From contig JAUCBJ010004792.1 in assembly GCA_032718475.1 (NCBI GenBank), forward strand, positions 1 through 63,167: DNA of 63,167 nucleotides, given 5' to 3'. The stretch's first letter is position 1. The number at the start of each line of letters is the position of its first letter. The notes under the pieces are model-generated. The model was not told the origin of the DNA. It worked only from the letters and a program-made list of their open reading frames with translations, and made no database searches. Positions 37,397 through 49,269 of this stretch are shown in pieces. The position numbers and the translations under genes are program-made. The stretch is from Nemertoderma westbladi (taxonomy: Eukaryota; Animalia; Xenacoelomorpha).

Positions 37397-37543
37397 CTTA
37401 AAGGACACTAGCCTTGAAGATGCGGATGATCTAGCAAATGTCATGGGTGATAGGGAGTTGTGGCGGTGCAATTTTGTTGACAAGCCGGCACAGCATTCTT
37501 AAAAATGCAGCTGCAATGCAGCATGCCGATCCTAGTAGTAGTA
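37397..37543 (+). mobile_element. Short 3'-end copy of the RTE-like family at 22955-24256
   Basis: Near-identical to ~24110-24256 and ends in (TAG)n. Confidence 0.85.
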
Positions 37544-37544
37544 A

Positions 37545-38597
37545 GACGGCAGATGGATGCGCATTTGTCTTCGATTTTGACCTTGTTTTTTCAACAGGTA
37601 TATGCTTATTGTGCGATGTTGAAGCTGATAATGAAATTCTTGGACATCGAGTACGTTTAGGATAAGCTTTAATCAATGGGCGTGGCGATTCTGGAGCAGG
37701 AACAATTGGTCTAGATTGTGGTATCTCAGATTCACTATCTGCATAATCTACGAAATCTACAGTTATAAGGCCTGCAGACTCTAGTACGGAAATGATTTCT
37801 TCGTCAGTATGAACAATTTTAGGCTGCGGCTGTTCAGTGGTTCCGATAGGCCTACCGGTACTGTCCTCATCATCAACCAACATCTCAGGATTACTGATGT
37901 TATCTTCAGAGTTTACACTGTCATCGATTCCAAAATCTTAATCTTCCTCCCCCGACTCAAGTTCGCTGTCGCTTGAATCCGAGGGTAAGTTCAGGTGAGA
38001 TATCTGAAAGAATTTTTTGGTTGATATTTCCATTGTGGGTGGAGTTTGACACAAAGTGCAGTATAATAAAAGTTTTACGATGAAGGTACACAAAAATGTA
38101 AAAGGAACCGGTAGTTTTATCCTTAAATATATATCTGACATTCAGATAAGATCACTATAAACGCAGTGTACCATATATGATACGCAGTTCCTACACGCAG
38201 TGTATCATATATGATACATTCATATTATTAACAATTTGATTATGAAAATTATAATTTTACACGTTTTTGGTGTCACCAGACTCTTCCTTGTTAATTTTGG
38301 CACATAAATCATATTTTTTCTATTACTGTGCATTACATGAACACTAAATGAGTTTAATCAAACATAGCTGATTTTCAAGTTGTATGAGTTTTGGAATATG
38401 AGTAACTCAAACACTTTCCTGATGTGATCACTAGATGGAGCTATGTTTCACTGTATAAAAAAATAATGGATTGTCCAATTATCAGAGAGTCCTCTACAAG
38501 AAACAATAGTAAGTGAGTGGCCAATGGGATGGTTTTATAGCCTCATAAATGGTTATATTATTATGGCCTCATATATGTATGTAAATGTGGTAGAGGG
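37545..38597 (-). mobile_element. Possible truncated 5' part of a piggyBac-like element with an acidic N-terminal ORF remnant
   Basis: AGGG|TTAA end at 38594-38601, duplicated ACGCAGTGTAYCATATATGATAC at 38161-38217, and the acidic SDSSDSELESGEED segment. No catalytic domain is present. Confidence 0.35.
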
Positions 38598-39384
38598 TTA
38601 AGCAACACGGTCCCTACTTCGCCCTGTCGACACCCCAGCCATTTCCAATGCCCAATCCAGCCAATCCTTTTTTAGAGTTTTTAAATTTTTTTGGTATTGG
38701 TGAAAGTTCTAGAACATTAGTATATATGTTTTTTATGATAGCTACCGGTTGTGTTTTTTTGCTAGCTAGTATTTTTAGAAATTATAAAAATGTGAAAGAC
38801 CATGATATTTCAGGTTAAACTGTTGAAGAATATATTAATGACCAAAATAATTTCCAAAAATTTCTAGCTAGTAAAAAATACTAGCATTTTACCATAAAAA
38901 ATCAACTAAGGTTCTAGAACATTCACTAATATAAAAAAGCACTCAAAATCACAAAAAAAATAAAGGTTAAAAAACTCATTCGGGGACCCTTTTGCTTAAG
39001 GAGTCAAAATTGTAGAAAAAGTTCCCGAAGCTTGCGAAATTCGCGACGTTTGCGAAATTCGCGACGTTTGCGAAATTCGCGAAGAATCCGTCAGTTTCTG
39101 TGCCCTAATGGGTTCGTGCCAAAACAATTAAATCTCACACACTTAACACACACGAACTAATTTAGAGTGGGTATTAGTATGCCTGAATAATTAAATAGAA
39201 ATTAAATTAATGAACGCTATTTCAACTGACAGCAGAGGGGCATGGAAAAATGCTTTCTGTGAAGATAAGAATAAGAGTTACGTATATAGATCACATTTTA
39301 ACTCCTTCGCTAGCAACTCTCACAGAATCCAATGTTGAAGAACGGGACCCGAAAACTTTTCCGAACCAGTGTCTTCAGTTCTGA

Positions 39385-40400
39385 TCGTATCCGATCGGCA
39401 ACACGGCCTCCATCCTCGGCACCATGGACCTAACCCTATCCGATCACCAACACAGCCTCCATCCTCGGCACCATGGACACAACCCTATCTGATCTGCAAC
39501 ACGGCCCCCATCCTCGACACCATGGACCTAACCCTATCCGATCACCAACACAGCCTCCATCCTCGGCACCATGGACCCAATCCTATCTGATCTGCAACAC
39601 GGCCTCCATCCTCGGCACCATGGACACAACCCTATCTGATCTGCAACACGGCCTCCATCCTCGACACCACGGACCTAACCCTATCCGATCACCAACACAG
39701 CCTCCATCCTCGGCACCATGGACTCAATCCTATCTGATCGGCAACACGGCCTCCATCCTCGGCACAATGGACCGAACCCTATCCGATCACCAACACGGCC
39801 TCCATCCTCGGCACCATGGACACAACCCTATCTGATCTGCAATACGGCCTCCATCCTCGACACCACGGACCTAACCCCATCCGATCACCAACATAGCCTC
39901 CATTCTCGGCACCATGGACCCAACCCTATCTTATCTGCAACACGGCCTCCATCCTCGGCACCATGGACCAAACCCTATCCGATCCCCAACACGGCCTCCA
40001 TCCTCGGCACCATGGACCCAACTCTATCTTAACTGCAACACGGCCTCCATCCTCGGCACCATGGACCCAACCATATCCGTTCACCAACACGGCCTCCATC
40101 CTCGGCACCATGGACCCAACCCTATCCGATCACCAACATGGCCCCCATTCTCGGCACCATGGACCAAACCCTATCCGATCACTATCACTGCCTCCATCCT
40201 CGGCACCACGGACCCAACCCTATCCGATCACAAACACAGCCTACATCATCTGCACCATGGACCCAACCCTATCGGATCACCAACATGGCCTCCATTCTCG
40301 GCACCATGGACCAAACCCTATCCGATCACCAACACGGCCTCCATTCTCGACACCATGGACCAAACCCTATCCGATCACCAACACGGCATCCATCCTCGGC
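39385..40400. repeat. 49-bp minisatellite (~21 units)
   Basis: Unit CAACACGGCCTCCATCCTCGGCACCATGGACCTAACCCTATCCGATCAC. Confidence 0.95.
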
Positions 40401-40404
40401 AGTT

Positions 40405-40628
40405 TTAACCACCTAAGCATCAGGTACTGCCGTAGTATTAACCGCATAGGCATCAGGTACTACCGCAGTATTAACCGCCTAGGTACCAGGTACTACCATA
40501 GTAATAACCACATAGTCATCAGGTACTACCGTTGTATTAACCGCCTAGTCATCATGTACTACCGTAGTATTAACCGCCTAGGCATCATGTACTACTGTAG
40601 TATTAACCGCCTAAGCACCATGTACTAC
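40405..40628. repeat. 33-bp minisatellite, segment 1
   Basis: Unit TTAACCGCCTAGGCATCAGGTACTACCGTAGTA. It directly abuts the 49-bp array. Confidence 0.95.
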
Positions 40629-43008
40629 AGCCGGCAGCGACTCAACACGCTGGCGGGACTACCTTTTCCGGTATGGGGCACATAGCCAGTGTTTACACGA
40701 ATCTATTGCCTCTATTGCGTGTTCACTTGCTAACAGTGTAGTGCCAGTTCGGTCCCTGATGGCTAGCAGACTTATTGCCCTCGATAAGTGCCCCGGGGTT
40801 AGGCCCATAGGCATAGGGGAGTGCCTCCGCCGAATCTTGGGTAGATCAATGGCAGAAGCAACTGGAGATGATGTCACCACTACGTGTGGCGCAGAGCAGT
40901 TATCTGCGGGCGTGATGGCAGGTGTGGAGGCCAGGGTACATTCAATGCGCTCGGTCTTCGACGAACATAGTGAGGATGGATGGGGCATTATTATGGTTGA
41001 TGCAGCTAATGCCTTCAATTCGCTGAACCGAGTCGCAGCCTTGTGGAACGTCAGGCAGCTGTGGCCTCGATGTTCAATGTTTCTCTTCAACTGTTACCGT
41101 GGACACAGCATTCTGACAATAAAGGGAACCGATGCTGTGCTGTTCAGCGAAGAGGGTGTAACACAAGGAGATCCTTTACCTATGCCTTTTTACGCTTCAG
41201 GCATCCTCCCTTTAATCCACGAGTTGCCATCACTTAAGGTTCGCCAAAGTTGGTTTGCTGACGACTATTCTGGTGCCGGAAAGCTCCAGGATATTCTCGA
41301 GTGGTACGAGCACTTACTTCTTCTGGGCCCCGCTCTCGGATATTACCCTCAGTCCGCCAAGAGCTTTCTCGTTGTGGCTCCGGAGTTTCTGGAGGAAGCC
41401 CAAAGTGTATTCGCCGAGCACAATATTAACATCGTTACAGGACACCGATTTCTTGGCGGGTTTATTGGTAACGAGTCGGAGTGTGTGAAGTATGTCGGCG
41501 CCAAAATCGCATCCTGGGTAGCCTCAGTAGACAAGATGGCCGAGGTGGCAGAGGCCCAACCCCATGCTGCTTTCTCAGCCGTAGTTTGCTCACTCCAACG
41601 GGAGTGGGCATACCTCCAACGCGTTGTCCCAGACTGCAGCAGTCAGTTTGATGTGCTAGAGGAAGCGATCAGCGATAGGTTCCTACCGGCAGTCTTCGAT
41701 GGGCGAATTTCGCAACCAGAACTCAAGTTGTTTGCCCTGTCTCCACGAATGGGTGGTCTGGGGTTGCGGAACCCGGTCAACGAGGCCGATACCAACTTTG
41801 CTGTATCAGAACTTGGGACACATTCGCTGGTGAACGCGATCGCCAGGAAGGAGCCATTCTCCTTAGCCACCCACCTGAAGTGCATGGAGGGAGCGCGCAT
41901 GACATCTCGGAAAGAGAGGCAGGGTATGGAGAAAGCCGTTGGAAAAAATGGCGGAGCACCAGCGTGTCGCTGTCCAACGGGCGGCGGAGTTCAGGACCGG
42001 CGGCTGGCTATCCTCTCTTCCGGTAGCCGAACACCAGTTTGACCTCTCACCCCGGGAGTTTAGGGACGCTGTGGCTGTCCGGTATGGTAGACCCCTCATA
42101 GGTGTCCCTTGCAGATGCGACGGTTGTGGCGCTGGGTTTGATCTCAACCACGGGTTGAATTGTAAGAAGGGTGGTTTAGTGATTCAGCGTCACAACGAGC
42201 TCCGCGACGCAGTCGGTGACCTCGCGGCCCTGGCATTCGGACCGCGAAACGTTATGCTCGAGCCAGTGGTCTGCGAGCAGCACGAGGATGGCGACGGGGC
42301 TGGTCTGCGATGCGATGTCGGCATTAGGGGAGCGTTCAGTACCCAGACACAGGCGTTGATCGACATACGTACAATTAACCTTGACGCCGTGTCTTATGCT
42401 GGGCGCTCTGTGAGGTCGGTATTGGAGTCGGCGGAAGAGGAGAAGAAACGCTTATATACAGCCGCAGTTTCCGCCCGCCGAGGTGATTTCTCCCCTTTCG
42501 TCGCCTCATGCGATGGCATACTGGCACCGCAGGCCCCTAAGCTGTTGCGAATCATCGCAGACCGCCTACACACCAACTGGGGGAAACCATACAGTTTGGT
42601 AATGGGGTGGGTGCGCGCACGCATATCGTTCGCGATAATCCGCGGCACTTCCCATTGCCTGTGAGGGTTGCGGGTGAGATGGCGAAGTGGTTTGGGGCTC
42701 GAGGACGGCGCCGGGATACCAGGGGGCTTTGCGTAGATATTTGATCTATATGTCGTAAAATATAATATTTACAAATCAATATATTTATTCTCTTTGGTGT
42801 AATTGATTAGTGTATTCTATTGTGCAATTGATTCATATATTAATTACCACAATAATCTGGTATGTGTACTTGGTACTAAAACGTTTCTGGGCGTCATGGT
42901 ACTAACTAATACATAGTTATTTCCTAATGTGTTTGTTATTAATTCGGTTTTTTATGTTACCAATCATATTATTAATACCATTTTGACTTTCTAATAAGTA
43001 TTATATAC
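40629..43008 (+). mobile_element. 5'-truncated CRE-clade (RT + RLE) non-LTR retrotransposon with 11-bp TSD
   Basis: RT motifs: RLIALDKCPGVRPIGIGECLRR, DAANAFN, GVTQGDPL, WFADD, FLGGFIG. After a frameshift at ~41940 come the zinc knuckle CRCDGCG..H..NCKKGG, RHNELRD and the RLE (RCDVGIRG, EKKRLY). AT-rich 3' UTR. TSD CCATGTACTAC at 40618-40628 and 43009-43019. Confidence 0.92.
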
Positions 43009-44503
43009 CCATGTACTACTGTAGTATTAACTGCCTAAGCACCAGGTACTACCGTAGTAATAACCATCTAGGCATCAGGTACTACCTTAGAATTAACCAC
43101 CTTGACATCATGTACTACCGTAGTATTAACCGCCAAGGTATCATGTACTACCGTAGTATTAACCGCCAAGGCATCATGTACTACCGTAGTATTAACCGCC
43201 TAGGCATCAGGTACTATTGCAGTATTAACCGCCTAGGTATCAGTACTCCCATAGTAATAACGAAATAGGCATCAGGTAATACCGTAGTATTAACAGCCTA
43301 GGCATCATGTACTACTGTAGTTTTAAACACATAAGCATCAGGTACTACCGTAGTATTAACCATCTAGGCATCAGGTAATTCCTTAGTATTAACCGCCTAG
43401 GCATCATGTACTGCCGTAGTATTAACCGCATAGGCATCATGTACTACCGTAGTATTAACCGCCTAGATATCATGTACTACTGTAGTATTAACCGCCTAGG
43501 CATCATGTACTACCGTAGTATTAACCACCTAGGCATCATGTTATACCATAGTATTAACCGCCTAGGCATCAGGTATTACCGTATTATTAACCGCTTAGGT
43601 ATCAGATACTACTGTAGTATTAACCACCTAGGCATCAGGTACTACCGTAGTATTAACCGCCTAGGCATCATGTTCTACCGTAGTATTAACCGCCTAGGCA
43701 TCAGGTATAACCGTATTATTAACCACCTAGGTATCAGGTACTACTGTAGTATTAACCGCCTAAGCATTAGGTACTACCGTAGTATTAACCATCTAGGCAT
43801 CAGGTACTACCTTAGAATTAACCACATCGGCATCATGTACTACCGTAGTATTAACCGCCAAGGCATAATGTACTACCGTAGTATTAACCGTCTAGGCATC
43901 AGGTACTATTGCAGTATTAACCGCCTAGGCATTAGGTACTACCGCAGTATTAACCGCCTAGGTATCAGGTACTACCTTAGTATTTACTGCCTAGGCATCA
44001 GGTACTACCGTAGTATTAACCGCCTAGGTATCAGGTACTACTGCAGTATTAACCGCCTAGGTATCAGGTACTACCGTACTATTAACCGCCTAGGTATCAG
44101 GTACTACCGTAGTATTTACCGCCTAGGCATCAGGTACTACCGTAGTATTAACCGCCTAGATATCAGGTACTACCATAGTATTAACCGCCTAGGCATCAGA
44201 TACTACCATAGTATTAACCTCATAGGCATCATGTACTACCGTAGTATTAACCGCCTAGGCATCAGGTACTACCGTAGTATTAACCGCCTAGGTATCAGGT
44301 ACTACCGTAGTATTAACCACCTAGGCATCAGGTACTATCGTAGAATAAACTGCCTAGGTATCAGGTACTACCGTAGTATTAACCGCCTATGCATCAGGTA
44401 CTACCGTAGTATTAACCACCTAGGCATCATGCTCTACCGTAGTATTAACCACCTAGGCATCAGGTACTACCATAGTATTAACCGCCTAGGTATCAGGTAC
44501 TAC
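43009..44503. repeat. 33-bp minisatellite, segment 2 (~45 units)
   Basis: Same unit. It is the source of the 11-aa-repeat ORF 43406-44551. Confidence 0.96.
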
Positions 44504-44701
44504 TGCAGCATTCCCTCGACCAGGATTCGCACCCTCACCAAGAGGACCTAAGTGGGACATATGGGCCTTATTATTTTCATACTGACTGCCCTACGGTACT
44601 GCTGTACATACTGACTGACAGCAACATATACCGGTAGCCTTCTCTGCACGATTGATATTTGATTATAATAATGTAATGTTGGAATCACGATTCCGCGTCA
44701 C

Positions 44702-44715
44702 TGGTGACCCTGACG
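44702..44715 (+). other. Primer binding site, tRNA-Trp type
   Basis: TGGTGACCCTGACG, one base after the ..TCA LTR end; the tRNA-Trp PBS consensus is TGGTGACCCCGACG. Confidence 0.8.
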
Positions 44716-47700
44716 AGATATATTCATGGAGGCCGCAGACATTCAGGCCCTCACTGCCATCATTGCCGCGATCCCTAAGGCCGACCCCACCACTGCAGTC
44801 AACGCCGTGACGGTGAAACTTCCCCCATTCTGACCAAAGCGGCCGGAGGTCTGGTTCCGCCAGGTGGAGGCGCAATTTGCACTCCGCGCAATCACCATCG
44901 ACTCTACTAAATTTAACTATATAATCGCGGTGCTCGATAATGCAACCACTGGCGAAGTCGAGGCGATCATCCTCTCCCCACCTGCCACTGACTCTTACCA
45001 GGCCATCAAGGACGCCCTCATCTGAACCTTCGGCCACTCACAGGCAGCCAAGGATGCAGAGCTACTCCCTCTCGCCGGCCTCGGGGACCGGAAACCTTCG
45101 GGCCTCCTCAACCACATCCGCAGCCTCAATGCCAATCCCGACACCATATTCCACGCCCTGTTCCTCGCCGGCTCTGGTAAGACGGACCTCAACAAATTGG
45201 CAGCTGACGCCGACCGTATCATGGAAACCCCTACCCCGGCTCAAAATATCGCTATGATACGGCGCAACGGCGTACCACATTTCACTAGCCAGCAACCACC
45301 ACTCTGCTACTTCCACCAGAAATTCGGCAGGGATGCCAGGAACTGCAAGCGCGGCTACTGCTCAATGTCCCACCTCGTCCCGCCATTGGTGCAAACAGAT
45401 CTCTCGCACACAGCCCCTACAACACACTCCGGTCGACCGGAAAACAGCCCGGCCGGCCGCTAATTCCAGAAAACAGACACAATGTCCGTGTCGGAAGTGC
45501 GCTTTGGCCAGACCTACCTCATTGACTGCAGGGCCCAACTATCGGTCATTCCAGCCGCAACACAGGATCGTCGCCTCCCTCGCACACCACCCCTTGTTGC
45601 TGTGAATGTCACCGACATTGCGACCTGGGGCCGCCATAAGTACACGATCCTCCTCGCTGGTCATGAGTTCTCCCTTGAGGCTCATGTGGCCAATGTCACC
45701 CAACCAATCCTCGGGGCCGACTTTTCCTCCGCAACCACCTGCTAATCGACATGGCAGGCAGGCGTCTAGTCAACCCCAATGGGAAGACTATCCCCGCCTC
45801 CGACTTCTCGGGACTACCCTCTGTCGCCGCCATCTCCATTTTCGAGAAGGTGCTCGAGGAGTTCCCCGAACTCATCAAACCCCGTTTCGCCCCCACAGAT
45901 GACAACCTCCACGGTGTTGAGCACAACATCATCACCTATTGCCCTCCCCTCTTCGCCCACGCCCGGCACCTCAATGCGGAGAAACTGACAATCGCCAAGT
46001 AGTCGAGTCAATCTAGCAAAAAACCCATAAGAAATTCGCAATCAACCAAAACCAAATTTTTTAGGTTCTATATTATCTTGTTATTGCCCAAAAAAAGTCT
46101 ATAAAAATATATGTTGCGGAACACATTCAATTTCATGCAAACATATGGCCTATTTTTGCAATGGATAATAAATGCTCTTTACTGATTATGGAGCTATTTT
46201 TGCTTTATTAATAACAAGTTGCTAGGTAACTCCTATAATAGAACAATTTTCTATCGCTGCCGATTTTAGATTAATCGTCTTCATTTTAGTATGATTTATA
46301 GTATTTGTATAGGGCAACCAGCATAAACCATCCCAGTTCCTTAACCAGTCAGCCAGTTAGGCCAGCTGATAAGTGTTTGATGGATTGCATGTCTGTCTGT
46401 CATCTGTGGTGTGAATACTGGAGTAGGCCTATGTGTCAACCTGTCAGGAGTTTCAGCCAGTCAGCAGCAGTTTTTTTTTATTTCTTTGCATATGGCTGTA
46501 TGGTAGATGAATGTACATCAAGGCAAGTGCGACGCCGGCGGTTGGCATACTTTCTGCCTTCATACTGACATTCACTGAGTGTGTCATGTGTTGTGGACTG
46601 ACTAGAGTACTGGAGACTACAGGACTATGGATGTCAGATGTTGGAGGACCAGAGCACTACCTGACTACGGTACTTTAGCAGATACAGCAGCATATCCCTG
46701 TCAGCCTGCAGCCTCAATATATACTGTAACGCACGAACTTGATCTTACTTCTTACTTCTAACTTACTTCTATTTTTATCCTTGGTGCAGTTCATCCTTGT
46801 GTTTTTACACGTCCTACTTATCTACTGTATATTGGGGACCCCATGGAAACGAGACTCCGTCTCTTGGGGCTATCCCCGACATTAGATACCAGGATACACC
46901 ACTATTATTTTATAAAATCACAACATGTAAAAGCCTTTGCTGAATTGCCCCGTTATTTTTATTATCTTTTACATTAAAATACTCTGTAGTTGATTTAATA
47001 AGTGTAAGAGACCGTATTATTGTTGTATCGGTGTTTTTAGAGGATCTAAGACCTATTTCCTCCGTATGTGTACTGTGAAAGGCATATTTTATGATTCTAT
47101 GGCAATTCGTGACGCAAAGGGGTGATAGCTACTCTTGAACAGTAGTTACTATGACTACGGTTAACAGCTGACATTCATACGTGTTGATTTCCTTTGTTCT
47201 ACGGCGTCTCTCAGTTCAGTCAGCCAATTAGAGCGTTTTTGTGGCTCCTTGTACAGAAAATTTCCGAGAAATGACGCAATGCCTATGTGCAGTGTTTACA
47301 TTCAGTCTTGAGCCAAAGAAAGAACGGCTTGGAAGTATTTTGTGCTTTACTGTTTTAGTCGTACACTAGTAGGTTTAATTATAAAGGGCATATATCCTTT
47401 AACTGCAATTTAACATACCTAAAGACTACTGCTAACTGATCATACATCCTGACTGCTGAAACATTGCAAACTCGTAACAATCAGTGTTCAGTTGTTGTTT
47501 TATACTGCTATTTGCTGTCAGTTCTTCATAATATGGTTGATGAATTATTATATTTGGAATAACGATAAATAACCCCGCAACCCAATATTCTTGATATACC
47601 GAAGGTAAGAGAGAAGGGTTACAGATGAACGATTGTGACTTATGTTAAAGTGGTTTGAAGTGAATCTAATGTTATTTGATAGACCCTACATGAGTCAGTC

Positions 47701-47722
47701 TGTGTTCCTTTTATATGTGACT

Positions 47723-48168
47723 AAAATCAGTGAAGATTGGCAGATTAGTGTGCAGTATTGTGCAGCATTGCGTATGAGCGAGTCTGTTAAAGAAGCAATT
47801 CCTAAAGAATGCGCCATATATGTGAATTATAATTAAGCCATATCGTTGTGAGTAGTTTAAGTCATAACTCTGTTTATATAGATAAAGCGCCACGTCCTAA
47901 AGGAACTGTTAATATTCCCGAAGGTGAATAATATTGTCAGAGATTATATAATACTGTCAGTCGAATAATACATTAGGCTTACATAGCAATAAAATTAAAC
48001 CGTCGAACCCAATCTCCCGGGAATCTCCAGCGGGTGAATGATCGCGCACAGATTGGTTTCGACTAGTGTAGTGAATCAAATACTTGTCATAGACTAAAAA
48101 CAGATTTAATATCTAGAAGACATCTTAATTTGGTGGGTTAAACTGCCAAAGGTCTGAAAGCGCGAACA
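47723..48168 (+). repeat. Dispersed ~420-bp repeat, copy 2 (inside Academ)
   Basis: Homologous to 32468-32885. Confidence 0.8.
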
Positions 48169-48316
48169 CAACACATCATTAGTTTTAACATGGAAACGCC
48201 CTACAACAATTTCCGTGATGTGATCACGACAGAATTACCGGTACCCATGCCAGCATGCGAACACCATTATGAACCAGGACTGTACTGTGACCAACTGTAT
48301 CGTGACTACCGGTAAA

Positions 48317-48518
48317 GCTCAACAGAAGCTTCGGTTAGGTTCCGGCCGAAGTTTGGCAATTTCGGTTTGGTTCGGCTTCTGCAATTGATACTGCAGAAGC
48401 CCGGAGGCGGAGCAAACTTTGCTAAATATTCCAAGTATTAGTTACATTGACTGATTGAGCTAAGACAGTAAGACTACTCATCTGTCCATCATTGTACTAA
48501 TTAATTTTGGACTGAACT
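48317..48518 (+). repeat. Dispersed repeat (hAT-like end), uninterrupted copy; second copy at 61235-61436 + 62929-62937
   Basis: GCTCAACAGAAGCTTCGG..GGCTTCTGCAATTGATACTGCAGAAGCC..GTACTAATTAATTTTGGACTGAAC occurs at both loci. Confidence 0.85.
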
Positions 48519-49269
48519 GGGTATAAATTGACAATTTTATTCACACTATGTAGGCCTATAATTTGATAATTTTATTTAGCCTACGTCATCATACTATCTT
48601 CAGTCACATGTTCATTGTTTATAATGGTTATACGGGTCTCTTGTATATCAGATAAGTAGGCCTATACTGCTATATGTTCTTGTTAGCTCTATTTTATTTT
48701 TATATTTAATGTCAATTAAACAATTCCAATTCCAGCCCTGTACAGCTGTAGCCTGATGCTGTACCTGCCCTGCAGACCTGTACTGTACCGGTACTCGTAC
48801 TGCAGCGTAGCTAAGATGCATGGCTGCCTGGCAGCCTGGTATGTGGTAGCATACACTCAGACACTGACACTACACACACACACACAGCCTAACTGGGTGT
48901 CTGGCCTAGACCTGTAGACAGATATACTGATATAGACAACACAGCACACAGCTGCACAGGTTGCAGTACCACAGAGCACAGACTGACAGACAGACAGGGC
49001 AGTCTTTTATAGGCCTAACTAAAATAATAAACAATATTCTGATTAGTTCAACCAGTGTACGCGTACGGCTGTCTGTACGGTACTGAAATAGGCCTACGTT
49101 GTGAAATACTTGAAATAATAGGGTTTTGACCTCCACTCTATTTGCTGCTCTGTAGTATAGTACCGGAACTCTAAACTAAATGTGGTTCTGTAATGAATGA
49201 CCAGTGACCAGCCCCCACTGTTTTGCGACCTGCATTGCTGTGGCATTGGCCTGCAACTGATTAGATTTT

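Noticed and set aside
37431-37883. 150-aa ORF as a host gene
   Set aside because: Chimeric: its C-terminus is the antisense of a LINE 3' end, and the rest is a low-complexity TE-like remnant.
39369-40685. His/Pro-rich repeat ORFs
   Set aside because: Overlapping ORFs in all three frames come from the 49-bp minisatellite, whose length is not a multiple of 3.
43406-44551. 381-aa ORF of YYRSINRLGIR repeats
   Set aside because: It is a by-product of a 33-bp (multiple of 3) unit with no stop in one frame. The neighbouring units contain stops, and the array is broken by TEs.
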